Origin: an uncultured virus (IMG/VR IMGVR_UViG_3300032893_000007)
Taxonomy: Duplodnaviria; Heunggongvirae; Uroviricota; Caudoviricetes
Virus record (IMG/VR): IMGVR_UViG_3300032893_000007
DNA length: 60,552 nt
Strand: one strand, 5' to 3'
Part shown: positions 38,662-47,622 of the stretch, piece after piece
Numbering within the stretch: position 1 is the first letter of the stretch
Layout: each line of letters begins with the position of its first letter
Position numbers and translations under genes: made by a program
The notes under the pieces: generated by a model
Seen by the model: the letters and a program-made list of their open reading frames with translations, nothing else
Databases searched by the model: none
Told to the model about the DNA's origin: nothing

Positions 38662-39660
38662 TCAGCCGTCCTCTCGGAACGCCTGCTCGAGACCTCCCTC
38701 CTCGTCCTCGGCCTCGACCTCAGGCGCCGCGACCGACTGGTCGTCGCCGTCGTCGCGAGGCGAGCCACCCTCGACGTACTCCTCGACCGCGGAAGCTTGC
38801 GACTCCTTCGCCGCCTGCTCGTCGAGCATCTTCTCCTCGGCGAGCCGAGCCTCGTCGAGGACCAGCTTGCACACCAGCTTCTCCCCATCGGTCATCGACT
38901 CCCGCAGGAACTTAGCCATCGAGACGTCCTCCCGCGGATCCTTGAGCAGCCTGAGCTGCATCGCGATGTACTCCACGGCACCTCGTCGCAAGATCGTGCA
39001 GACGTCGCGACCGGCAGACTCGAACCTATGTTTGGTGATCCTGAGGGGCCACACGTCGTCGAGCGCTGAGTAGTAGCCGTGCAGCGACGCTCCCACGTGG
39101 TCGCGCAGGGGCAAAGGCCTGAAGGCAGAAGACCTCGAGTCCCGGCCGTCAGCGTATGCGCAAGCCGTGACGAGGTAGAGCCTCGCGACGCTACCCCGCA
39201 TCGTGTGGGCCGCGTAGAGCGGCTCCACGCACGACGACCAGGTCATAAGACCCTGCTCGCCGAGCGCTCGCATGACCGCGACCTCCTCGGACTCACCCGG
39301 CCCGACGTCGGCGCTCGGCAGGTCGCACATGCCGTCAACTCCGCCTCCGAGCACCACCAGGACCTCGTACGAGAGCGGCAGATCGGGGCGTGCCGACTGC
39401 CCGTCCGGAAGCGTGACGAGCCTCGGGACCATGACCTTGACCCGCTTGACAAGCGACCGAGTGGACGTCGGCACGAAGTCTCCCTGCATGCGCTTCCAGA
39501 TCCAGTAGGAGTGAACCGAGCAGGCCTCGCAGACCCCGTGCTCGGCCGACGGCGCGCACATCACCACCCGCTCAGTGTTCCCACAGAAGGAGCAGGCGAC
39601 CGACTCCCGAAACTCGTACTGCCATGCCGGCACCAGAGCCGCCTTGCTGGCGTCAGACAT
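38662..39660 (-). CDS. ClpX-type Zn finger plus degenerate Nudix-like domain, acidic tail
   Basis: CSFCG...VCEAC; DLPSADVGPGESEEVAVMRALGEQGL. Confidence 0.65.
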   Translation of the reverse strand: MSDASKAALVPAWQYEFRESVACSFCGNTERVVMCAPSAEHGVCEACSVHSYWIWKRMQGDFVPTSTRSLVKRVKVMVPRLVTLPDGQSARPDLPLSYEVLVVLGGGVDGMCDLPSADVGPGESEEVAVMRALGEQGLMTWSSCVEPLYAAHTMRGSVARLYLVTACAYADGRDSRSSAFRPLPLRDHVGASLHGYYSALDDVWPLRITKHRFESAGRDVCTILRRGAVEYIAMQLRLLKDPREDVSMAKFLRESMTDGEKLVCKLVLDEARLAEEKMLDEQAAKESQASAVEEYVEGGSPRDDGDDQSVAAPEVEAEDEEGGLEQAFREDG

Positions 39661-40006
39661 CGTCGTTCGCCCACGGACCACGAGAGCGTCCGCGACCTCG
39701 CCTGGGGGCATCTCCTCCCCTTCCCCGCTCACCTCGACGGTCGCGGTCCTGCTGGCGCTCGTTGGCCACGTCGACCACCAGGCAGCGTCCCTTGACCTCA
39801 TGGTCGACGAGCGCCACCCTGGCCACCTCGCAGTCCTGGTCGGAGTCGAAGTGGACGAAGCCGAAACCCCTCGACCGGTTACCGTCCACGCGATTGTAGA
39901 CCACCTCGGCCCGCGAAAAACGAATACCCAACGTCGCGAGCTCGTCTTCGAGATCGTCGTCGTTCACGGACCAGGGAAGATTACCAACGAACAGTTTTCT
40001 CGCCAT
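39653..40006 (-). CDS. RRM RNA-binding protein
   Basis: RNP2 KLFVGNL, RNP1 RGFGFVHF, RGG-rich tail. Confidence 0.92.
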   Translation of the reverse strand: MARKLFVGNLPWSVNDDDLEDELATLGIRFSRAEVVYNRVDGNRSRGFGFVHFDSDQDCEVARVALVDHEVKGRCLVVDVANERQQDRDRRGERGRGGDAPRRGRGRSRGPWANDDV

Positions 40007-40021
40007 CGTGTTCCCTCTACC

Positions 40022-40361
40022 CATGCCTATCCGGTTGACACCCCTAAAGGGTAAAAACCTTGGTTTTTGGTCGCTGCGCTTGGACGTGTGATACAATGGC
40101 AAACAAGGAATCGAAATCGCCAGGATTGACAGATCCGTCTGGTGCCAAACGACCTAATCGTTTTCCTTTGCTGGCTCCTCGCTCGGCTGTACCGTCCGTG
40201 TAAATCAGTGTAATCGCTCCACCCTTCGCTAGTTGTTGGGCTTCTGCTACGCCTGTCATCATCGACTCGATTTTAGGCGCCATTGTGTGAATTACCATTG
40301 GAGTTTTTCTCATTGTTCAATTCCTATCGTTTTTGTGGAGTGTGTGAACCGGATAGGCATG
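40022..40361. mobile_element. 340-bp non-autonomous insertion cassette with terminal IRs and 8-bp target duplication
   Basis: IRs CATGCCTATCCGGTT(G/C)ACAC, 19/20 match; CCTCTACC at 40014-40021 and 40362-40369; lower-GC interior. Confidence 0.9.
40044..40313 (-). CDS. passenger hypothetical protein of the cassette
   Basis: 89-aa ORF filling the element; AGGA RBS; no DDE motifs. Confidence 0.65.
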   Translation of the reverse strand: MRKTPMVIHTMAPKIESMMTGVAEAQQLAKGGAITLIYTDGTAERGASKGKRLGRLAPDGSVNPGDFDSLFAIVSHVQAQRPKTKVFTL

Positions 40362-40641
40362 CCTCTACCTATGTGAAGGTTGCTCCCGTATACCGATCTT
40401 GCCAGACTCTACTCCAGATCGTCCTCGTCTGCGGACGGTAACGGTCGTCTCCGCTCGCCGGGAACCGGCGGGCGCCTCGAGACTCTGACGTCCTCGTCCA
40501 GATCTGCCGCGGGAGGCGCCATGCCCGACACGCCTCGCATGTGCTTCTTCACCCTACTCGCGAGGACGTACCTCTCGGAGTCGTGGCTCGCCTCGGGTCG
40601 CACTACCCGGTAGGGTCCCACCCTGATCTTCTTGACGGAAC

Positions 40642-41142
40642 TCACGCCGACTCCTCCGACAACCGCACGACGTGACTCTTTCGCACGATGAACGGAGTCC
40701 TCCTCCCGCGCTGCACGAGGATCTCCCTCGACGACAGGAGGTCCACCACCACGAGCTCATCGAGCAGGTTAGGATCTGACCTGAGCACCTTCGCGTAAGC
40801 ATCCTCGTACCGCCCCCTGTGCTCCGTCGCCACCTTGACCCGATCTCCCTTGGAGGGTCTCCACGGGAGCATCCGCCTCGGTGGCACGAAGTCGTCGCGC
40901 TCGAGCGCATCCACGAGGCCGAGCAGCTCGACGACCCTCTCCTTCACACCCGTCACGGCCCGCAGGGCAGCCTCGACCCGACCGTCGCCGGACGACCTCC
41001 ACACCTCGAGCCTGTCCTGACAAAGCACCGCGTGGCGCTCGATCTTGTCGACGTTGCGCCTCAGGCGGATCACCGGAGTAGACCTCCGGTAGGCACTCTT
41101 GGATACTCCGCTCTTGGATGCTCCTCGTGACCGACGTCGCAC
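40642..41142 (-). CDS. basic hypothetical protein
   Basis: Helical N-half, SH3-like GDRVKV C-half. Confidence 0.6.
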   Translation of the reverse strand: MRRRSRGASKSGVSKSAYRRSTPVIRLRRNVDKIERHAVLCQDRLEVWRSSGDGRVEAALRAVTGVKERVVELLGLVDALERDDFVPPRRMLPWRPSKGDRVKVATEHRGRYEDAYAKVLRSDPNLLDELVVVDLLSSREILVQRGRRTPFIVRKSHVVRLSEESA

Positions 41143-41144
41143 GG

Positions 41145-41426
41145 TTACCCCCCTACCTTCTTCTCCTCGACGCCTACCGCCCTCACGAGCTCTTCCAGCC
41201 GCTCGACCGCCCACGCCCGCTTCTTCACCATGCCTACCTTGAGCACCTCGTAGTAGGCCCGCGCCAGCGTCTCGAGCGTGATGTCATCCTGAGTAAGATC
41301 GCACGTCACGACTACCTTATTTCCCTCGGCGACGATCTCGGCGAGCTCGACCATCGAGATGTAGCTGGCCCGATCCTCGTCGTACAATTTCCGGTTGCCG
41401 TACTTGCGCACGCTGATCGTCTTCAT
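41145..41426 (-). CDS. second PhaR-type DNA-binding domain protein
   Basis: VRKYGNRKLYD...SYISM.EL..IV.EG...DIT.ETLA. Confidence 0.85.
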   Translation of the reverse strand: MKTISVRKYGNRKLYDEDRASYISMVELAEIVAEGNKVVVTCDLTQDDITLETLARAYYEVLKVGMVKKRAWAVERLEELVRAVGVEEKKVGG

Positions 41427-41459
41427 GACTGTCCTTCCGCAACATTACTCCGGGAACAA

Positions 41460-41921
41460 CTAACCAGGACCCCTGCGCAGCTCAACCTCTTCCTGCACGT
41501 CACACGCGAGGGTACGCATGTCCCTGATAAGCTTCCGCGTGTGATCCGTATGACCCTGAAACTGGTTGAGCCTCCCCGCCATGCCGTGCAGCATGGGCAC
41601 GAGCCGCAGGAGCTCGTTCATGATGGCGGCGTCTCCCGGGGAAATCCGCACCTCGGCTCGCACCCCGTGACGACCCGCCTGGTAGACCTCCGGCACCCTC
41701 GGGAGGTTCAAGACGACGTCGGGAACCTCCGCTATCGCCTGCTCGACGTCCGGCGGTAGCACCCTCCGAACACCTATCCTGCTGCACGCCGAACAGATCG
41801 CCTGCCCCTGCCCCACCGACTGGTGACACGTCATGCACGCCAGGTCTTGTCCTCCGCACACCGGACAAGATACGCTCCCTAGGGCGAGCTCCTGACGACA
41901 CGGCCTGCAGTAGAGGCTCAC
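41460..41921 (-). CDS. double Zn-ribbon protein
   Basis: CRPC, CPVC, CMTC, CSAC. Confidence 0.65.
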   Translation of the reverse strand: MSLYCRPCRQELALGSVSCPVCGGQDLACMTCHQSVGQGQAICSACSRIGVRRVLPPDVEQAIAEVPDVVLNLPRVPEVYQAGRHGVRAEVRISPGDAAIMNELLRLVPMLHGMAGRLNQFQGHTDHTRKLIRDMRTLACDVQEEVELRRGPG

Positions 41922-42187
41922 GGCGATCTCACCTTCCCCGCGTACACCTGAAAATTGCCATCGACCTTGCAGCTGGCCAAACACACCACGCCCCTGACCA
42001 CCGGTGTTTTCCGCATGCCGTACAGCTGAGCGAGGACCGTCTCCTGCCACCGTTCGACCTGACGATCGAACTCCTCGGCGGTCAAGAGCTGGTCGTTGCC
42101 ACACCAGCACCGCAGGACGTCCTCGCCAAGCTCATGGACCTCGTCGCTACTTATGTATCCCACGCAGTACTTCATGATCGGTCTCTG

Positions 42188-43048
42188 TCAGAGCAGGAGG
42201 CCCTCCCAGTTCACGTCGATCGCCCGGCAGATCTCCGCGCTCTCCCTGAACGTCGCCAGTGCGGCGTTGTAGGTCTCCCTCCCGACGTACCCGTAAAGGT
42301 GTCGCGACCTCAGCCACAAGATCGCCGTCTGGATACTGTCCTGCAGGCAGTACCTCTTCGTCTTCGCCTGGAGCTCCTCCGCCCGGCTCGGGTCGCAAAG
42401 CGACTCCGCGTAGAGCACGGCCACCTTATCACCCGACATATCGGTCTTGCCCGGCAGCCCGATGAGTCTCGCCATGTCGCCGAGCTTCATGAAGCGGGCG
42501 GCCCCATAGTCCGCGAGTGAGTCCATGAGGTCGCAGTGACCCTCGTCGGTGAACCGGTACCGCATCCCCCGACGGTCCTTGTTGTAGTACCACCGGCAAG
42601 AGATCCCGTGCTTGAGCGACCTCATCATGATGACCGGGAGGTCGAACTGCCTGCCGTTCCAGGTCACGAGGTGGATGAGCGAGGCCGCGACCTCGCTCCC
42701 GGCGCTCATCGCCTCGTGGAAAGACTGAAGCAACCTCCGCTCGAGCGCGTCCGCCCTCGCCGCCGACCCGTCAGCCGCCCAGAAGCACTCGGTAGAGCAC
42801 CTGTCGTACCAGTAAGGCGGAGAGTGCGTCGGATCGAAGCACACGTCCACCGTGGAGATCGACACCACCCTGCAGGCGTAAGGAGGAGGAAGACCGTCCA
42901 CCACCTCAACGACGGGCTCGCGGTATGTCCCTTCTCCTCCCTGGTAGCTCTCATGCGGCCTCCCGCCGACGAGCTTGTACGTCGGCGACACCTTCGACAG
43001 GGCACCCTCGTCGACGAGCGTCTCGATGTCCGTCGACCTGAAGATCAT
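42188..43048 (-). CDS. stand-alone DEDD 3'-5' exonuclease (PolB-exonuclease-like)
   Basis: DIET, VTWNGRQFDLP, HCDLMD, LIGLPGK, YCLQD. Confidence 0.87.
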   Translation of the reverse strand: MIFRSTDIETLVDEGALSKVSPTYKLVGGRPHESYQGGEGTYREPVVEVVDGLPPPYACRVVSISTVDVCFDPTHSPPYWYDRCSTECFWAADGSAARADALERRLLQSFHEAMSAGSEVAASLIHLVTWNGRQFDLPVIMMRSLKHGISCRWYYNKDRRGMRYRFTDEGHCDLMDSLADYGAARFMKLGDMARLIGLPGKTDMSGDKVAVLYAESLCDPSRAEELQAKTKRYCLQDSIQTAILWLRSRHLYGYVGRETYNAALATFRESAEICRAIDVNWEGLLL

Positions 43049-43069
43049 CGTCACGACGAGCAACTCCCG

Positions 43070-43180
43070 CGGATAGTGGATGAATTTTTCATCGTCAAGA
43101 AGGGGGTCTCAAAGACTGTTTTTATACTCGATAAAGTCATGTGTCAACCATCAAAATATGTGTCCAAACGAACAAATCGA
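43070..43180 (-). promoter_or_regulatory. AT-rich promoter region with palindrome
   Basis: TTGACA (43142-43147), TTGACG (43093-43098), GATGAA-ttt-TTCATC (43079-43093). Confidence 0.55.
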
Positions 43181-43208
43181 TCAGGATTAACTACCAAGAG
43201 CTTCTCCG

Positions 43209-43598
43209 TTACTTTCCCTTCCACTCGGCGTTGGTCACGCGCGAGAGCCTGTCGATCTCGGCCGCCACCAGCGCACCCGCCTTCGCGAGCTCCCTGATCC
43301 TCTCGAGGCGAGTCTGCCTGCTCCGGTCAAGCACGTTGCCGTCGTGAGGCCGAAAATCACAGTACTGACCCAGCCACGGCCACGGATCGTTGAACTCGAC
43401 CGAATTCGCGAACGTTTCCATGACGTAGATCGGGTCGGGAGACGCCGCGCATGCCGCCGCCATGGCTAGCTCTCCCCCCGCGTGCTGAGCGTCGTCTACG
43501 AGAGTGTAACTACGGAGCTGCCTCCTGCGCTCGGCCGCGATGAGCTCCACTCCACTACTGCTGCTCCGCTTAGCCACCTCCGCCCTCCGGTCCGCCAT
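43209..43598 (-). CDS. conserved phage protein
   Basis: IAAERRRQ...GELAMAAAC...WPW...LAKAGALVAAEIDRL, a widespread phage pattern. Confidence 0.75.
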   Translation of the reverse strand: MADRRAEVAKRSSSSGVELIAAERRRQLRSYTLVDDAQHAGGELAMAAACAASPDPIYVMETFANSVEFNDPWPWLGQYCDFRPHDGNVLDRSRQTRLERIRELAKAGALVAAEIDRLSRVTNAEWKGK

Positions 43599-43826
43599 CC
43601 TTCCTGACCTTGGGCACGACCTCCGCAATCTCGTTGACCTCGAACGAAGCAATCCAGTTGTCGTCTCCGCTCGCGTACTCGTCCGTCACCAGCCCCTCGA
43701 CGTAGGGTCCGAGGTCGGAGATATCGGCCGGACACTCGGCGGCGGCCGCCTCGACCCCGGCCACCTTGTCGTCCGGAACCTCGACGACGAGCTTACCCGT
43801 GAGCACCACGTTGAACGCGAACCTCT

Positions 43827-44219
43827 TCATGTCTCTTCCTTTCCGCCAAGCCTCGAGATCTCCTGGTCGCAAAAGACTCGGATCTTCCGCAGACGGTCGA
43901 CCTCCTCGGCCTTCAGGACGTCGTCCAGCTCCAGCTTCGTCCCCCACGAGCTCCCCGACATCCTGACCACTTGCCAGTACCACCTGATGCCGTCGACACT
44001 GGCCCGGACCACGCCCACATGGTCAGGTACGGAGTCCACCACCAAGTCGCGAAGACTCATAGCTCGATTCAGCTCGAGCTCGCAGAAATCGAGGACCTCC
44101 TCGCGCACCAGCTGGCGATCAAACACTGGATCTCTCGACATCGCCCAGTCCTCGAGCCGCCGTCGCATGCCATAGCGCCTCAAACTCTCAAGCTTCTTGC
44201 CCTTCGTCTCGTCCTTCAC
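43827..44219 (-). CDS. hypothetical protein
   Basis: 130-aa ORF with GGAGG RBS. Confidence 0.6.
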   Translation of the reverse strand: MKDETKGKKLESLRRYGMRRRLEDWAMSRDPVFDRQLVREEVLDFCELELNRAMSLRDLVVDSVPDHVGVVRASVDGIRWYWQVVRMSGSSWGTKLELDDVLKAEEVDRLRKIRVFCDQEISRLGGKEET

Positions 44220-45064
44220 CTCGACCTCCTTCCTACCAGCGTAATTTCACCGTCCTCACTCACCTTTACGCGAGCCTCCGCCATCTTACAGCCGAGCTCG
44301 AACAGCAGCGGATGCGCCTCGTCCCGGAGGTCGACCGACTTCTCCACCGGCGCGTGGCGCTCCCTCACCTTCTCGGCGTGCTCGGCCAACCTCAGATCTC
44401 CCGACACCGCGAGCTCCCCGTACCTGACGAGCGCTCGGCACCCCCGGTCCGCCCCCTCCAACCTCGGGGCATCGGGCTCGACGGTCTTCCCTCCGTCAGC
44501 CGAACCGGATGCCGCTCGTCCTCTACCCACCGCCGAACCCTCGTCATCGCCGGACGTCGACTTCTTCCCTCCACTCCTACAAACCCTGGCAATGCCGTAC
44601 ACGACCCCCTGGCGAAACGAGTCGGAGATCTCGCTCGCCGTGAGCTCGCCGACCAGCTTCGCCACGACACGACCGTAGCGGACGGCGGCCTCGCGCTCGA
44701 GGATCCTCACCGCGTTCTCGAGCTCCTTGAAGAGCTTCTCGGCCCGCCTCACGCTCCCGCGAGCCCCGCAGACCTTGACCTTGCGGCGTTGACCGAACTG
44801 GAGTCCCACCACCTCGACCCCGCACCGGCGGGCGGCGACCGTCGCGAGCGCAAACCTCCACGTCGCGTCCCAACCCACGGCCCCGAGAGACACCTCGCAG
44901 TAGGCCTCGTCGTCCGCCTCCTCCACGTCCCGCCTCGTGAGGCCGTGCCGCCGCATGAACCTCTCGGCCGACCTCCTGGCGGCGTCGGCCTCGTGGGCGT
45001 TCGGAGACCCGCCGAGCGCCAGAAGCTTCCGGAGCTTGTCGACCTTGTCCTCTCGGCTGCTCAC
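44216..45064 (-). CDS. DUF2786-like protein
   Basis: KLRKLLAL..SPNAHEADAA...FMRRHGL; SFRQG. Confidence 0.8.
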   Translation of the reverse strand: MSSREDKVDKLRKLLALGGSPNAHEADAARRSAERFMRRHGLTRRDVEEADDEAYCEVSLGAVGWDATWRFALATVAARRCGVEVVGLQFGQRRKVKVCGARGSVRRAEKLFKELENAVRILEREAAVRYGRVVAKLVGELTASEISDSFRQGVVYGIARVCRSGGKKSTSGDDEGSAVGRGRAASGSADGGKTVEPDAPRLEGADRGCRALVRYGELAVSGDLRLAEHAEKVRERHAPVEKSVDLRDEAHPLLFELGCKMAEARVKVSEDGEITLVGRRSR

Positions 45065-45354
45065 GTCGCCTCCGACTCCTCCAACTGCTCTTCGATCTGA
45101 CCGAGAGCAAAAGCGACGTCGCTACCAGAGGCCATCTTCTTGACTGCCAAGCTCCTCGCGAGAACGACAACGAACTTCGCGTAGAGCAGAAAGACGTCCG
45201 GGTGATGATCGGAGTACTCGCGGAGCACGTGCGCCACCCCGACCGAACCGTCAGTCTCGTATACCCGCAAGAGGAGGTACGCCCGCTCGCCGAGATGCTC
45301 AACGTCGTCGAGTGCACGCAGGTACCGCCGGAGGCGATCGATGGTAGACGTCAT
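45061..45354 (-). CDS. hypothetical protein, paralog of 45351-45662
   Basis: DGSVGVAHVLREY...YAKFVVVLA. Confidence 0.6.
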   Translation of the reverse strand: MTSTIDRLRRYLRALDDVEHLGERAYLLLRVYETDGSVGVAHVLREYSDHHPDVFLLYAKFVVVLARSLAVKKMASGSDVAFALGQIEEQLEESEAT

Positions 45355-45662
45355 CGCGCCACCTTCGCGAACTCGTCGGACAGCACATTTAACACAAAAA
45401 AGAAAGAGTGACTCCGACCTTGGACCTCGAGATGCTCTGCCAATCCCACCAAGAACTTCGTGTAGATGTCGAGCATCTGCTCGCGCCGCATAACCTCGCG
45501 TTGAAAGTACTGCAAAAGCACGACCCCGACGAACGTGGGCCCATGAATGTCGATCCAACTTACGAGACGCGAAACGACGTTTCTGAGGTTTCCCTTCTCG
45601 AGGGACAACACCTCAGACGACATGTTGACGGTCGCTAGGGAATAGCTCAGATAGTTTGGCAT
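45351..45662 (-). CDS. hypothetical promoter-proximal protein
   Basis: HGPTFVGVVLLQY...YTKFLVGLA. Confidence 0.6.
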   Translation of the reverse strand: MPNYLSYSLATVNMSSEVLSLEKGNLRNVVSRLVSWIDIHGPTFVGVVLLQYFQREVMRREQMLDIYTKFLVGLAEHLEVQGRSHSFFFVLNVLSDEFAKVAR

Positions 45663-45672
45663 CACAAAAACA

Positions 45673-45712
45673 ATGTTAAGCAAAACCGAACAAAGTGTCA
45701 AGTATCAAAAAG
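45673..45712 (-). promoter_or_regulatory. sigma70-like promoter, phage motif family
   Basis: TTGACA(45696-45701)-ctttgttcggttttgct (17 bp)-TAACAT. Confidence 0.8.
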
Positions 45713-46678
45713 TCGCATCTGAACCAGGCGCTCACCCATCTGCCTCCGGTTCGTCCCGTGCGTCGGGAACGCCACGATCGACGTCCGGTTCCGCTTCTGG
45801 CAGAGAGCACACGTCTGACACGTCACGATCTTTGCCTCAGTCTCGTCAGAGCCCGTCGTCCGTCGGACCGCCGGACACACCACCACGCGCCTCCCCGCCG
45901 GCGTCCGCAAAGTCGTCGTGTGTCCGTCGTCCGGGATCACGACCACCACCGGACCCAGATCCAGGGCCGCCTTCTGGTCTGCCTCCTCGAGGCCGTCGGC
46001 CGAGAGGTTCACGGCAAGCCCCACGTAATCGCGCAGCCTGTCCAAGATCATCCGATTCTCCCTGGCGACACCGTCACCCAAAACCGGCTTGTGCGTGTAG
46101 GTGAAGCCCCGGGTATGGTTCGCCGCCTCGAGGAGCTGCTTCAGAAGGCGCTGGTCTATCACTTCACCGTCCCCCGGCAGGTCACCAGCCTCGTTGTGCC
46201 TCCACAGCTGGCCGCGGGGGAGCCCCGCCACGACCTCGCAGAAGTCGTCCCAGGACATGCCGCCCCCTGCGGCGAGCCTCCTCCAATGCATCCCGGAGAA
46301 GTTCTGGTCGCCGTAGCAGCCGCGACCCATCCACGGGCAGCTCGCCGGACACGTATTGGGGCTCGTCATCGACACCGGGATACCCCCGGTCTTGCGGTTG
46401 CGGGCCGCCCTCATGAACTGCACCCTGAGCTCGCCGCCCGAGTGCGAGAACATGTTCCTCCTGACCGAGATCCTCTCCCGACATCGCCTGCACCTCCTGC
46501 CGAGCCTGGCCCTGACCAGGAACTCGCTGACCGATTGCCACGCGAAACACTCCCTGCACCTCCGCTCGGAGACCCCCGTTCCGTAGCAGGGCGAGCACAC
46601 GACTCCTCCCACCAGGCGCTCGCCCTTGCAAGCCCCACACGTCCTGTCGCGCACCCGCTCGATCGTCGCGATCAACAC
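45698..46678 (-). CDS. Cys-rich conserved phage protein (DUF7227/gp88-like) with N-terminal Zn fingers
   Basis: NRKTG.IPVS, TCPASCP...GCY, WRHNEAGDL, GFTYTH, VCPA, CQTCALC. Confidence 0.7.
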   Translation of the reverse strand: MLIATIERVRDRTCGACKGERLVGGVVCSPCYGTGVSERRCRECFAWQSVSEFLVRARLGRRCRRCRERISVRRNMFSHSGGELRVQFMRAARNRKTGGIPVSMTSPNTCPASCPWMGRGCYGDQNFSGMHWRRLAAGGGMSWDDFCEVVAGLPRGQLWRHNEAGDLPGDGEVIDQRLLKQLLEAANHTRGFTYTHKPVLGDGVARENRMILDRLRDYVGLAVNLSADGLEEADQKAALDLGPVVVVIPDDGHTTTLRTPAGRRVVVCPAVRRTTGSDETEAKIVTCQTCALCQKRNRTSIVAFPTHGTNRRQMGERLVQMRLFDT

Positions 46679-47391
46679 GTCTCCACCAGCATGGCCCCCT
46701 GAAATTCCCTATCCACGGAGTCGCAATTCCTGACCACCACGAAGAAGTCGTCCGCCAACTGAACAAAGTCCGCAGCCTCGAACATACGCCACGTGGGTGC
46801 TGATCCCTCAGAGAAGATCTCCGCCGGACAACCCGAGCTCATGCTGATAAGCGACAGATTCCCGCACGACACGTCGACGAGCTCGAAGTACTTACCGACG
46901 TAACTCGGAACAACAAGACCGGTCGGTCTGAGCACGAGCGCACGTCGAGGTCGAACCGTCCTCATCTCGCCTGGAGCCACCCGCACGCTCCCGAGTCCGA
47001 GGCAAGTTCTCCTCCGAGCTGAGACCTGATCTCCCGACAACTCTCTCCCCACGATCTTCGCGCTGAACACCTGAGAAATCGACGACTGGTTCGTCACCAA
47101 CACGGAGAAGTCCCGATCCTCCGGGAGCAAGTCGAACGTCGAGTACCTCCTGACCGAGACCTGCGCCAACTCAGAGAAGAGGACGGCCGGCACCACGTCA
47201 TCACCACCAAACTGAAAGATCTCCCCTACCTTGAAGTCGCACATGAGAAAATTCACGGCAACCTCGTGCGAAACGACCACCTCCGCGATCCTGAACGGAC
47301 GCGGAAGATTCTGGCCCTCAAACCGAAAGCGCATACTGCTCTTGGCCGCTACCACCGTCGGCCTAACGTCAACGACAAACTCATTACTCAC
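46672..47391 (-). CDS. protein made of two tandem beta-sandwich family domains
   Basis: Two copies of R.xxVV...F...D...G...PA.(L/I)FSE...V.V.N.....F.(A/G). Confidence 0.75.
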   Translation of the reverse strand: MSNEFVVDVRPTVVAAKSSMRFRFEGQNLPRPFRIAEVVVSHEVAVNFLMCDFKVGEIFQFGGDDVVPAVLFSELAQVSVRRYSTFDLLPEDRDFSVLVTNQSSISQVFSAKIVGRELSGDQVSARRRTCLGLGSVRVAPGEMRTVRPRRALVLRPTGLVVPSYVGKYFELVDVSCGNLSLISMSSGCPAEIFSEGSAPTWRMFEAADFVQLADDFFVVVRNCDSVDREFQGAMLVETC

Positions 47392-47622
47392 GATGATCCT
47401 TTCAGCTAGAGTTCAAAACGCCGTAACACGTGATCATCCTCGACCGCCCTGAACCAGTATCGGTCAGGACGCTTCGGATCTTCCTGCCGCTGCCTACAGA
47501 TCTCGTCAGCCTCCTGCCCCGTAAGTCCGGGCCCGGCCACCACCTTCTCGTCCGAACCCGGTCCTTTCCCGTCGTAGTTGTCGACTCGAATGACCTTCAT
47601 CTCGCTCCTCCTGTTCATCTAA

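Noticed and set aside
40022..40361. Integron cassette (attC) or IS200/IS605-type end
   Set aside because: Terminal IRs plus an 8-bp target duplication indicate DDE-type insertion; no attC GTTRRRY architecture, integrase, TnpA or TnpB was seen.
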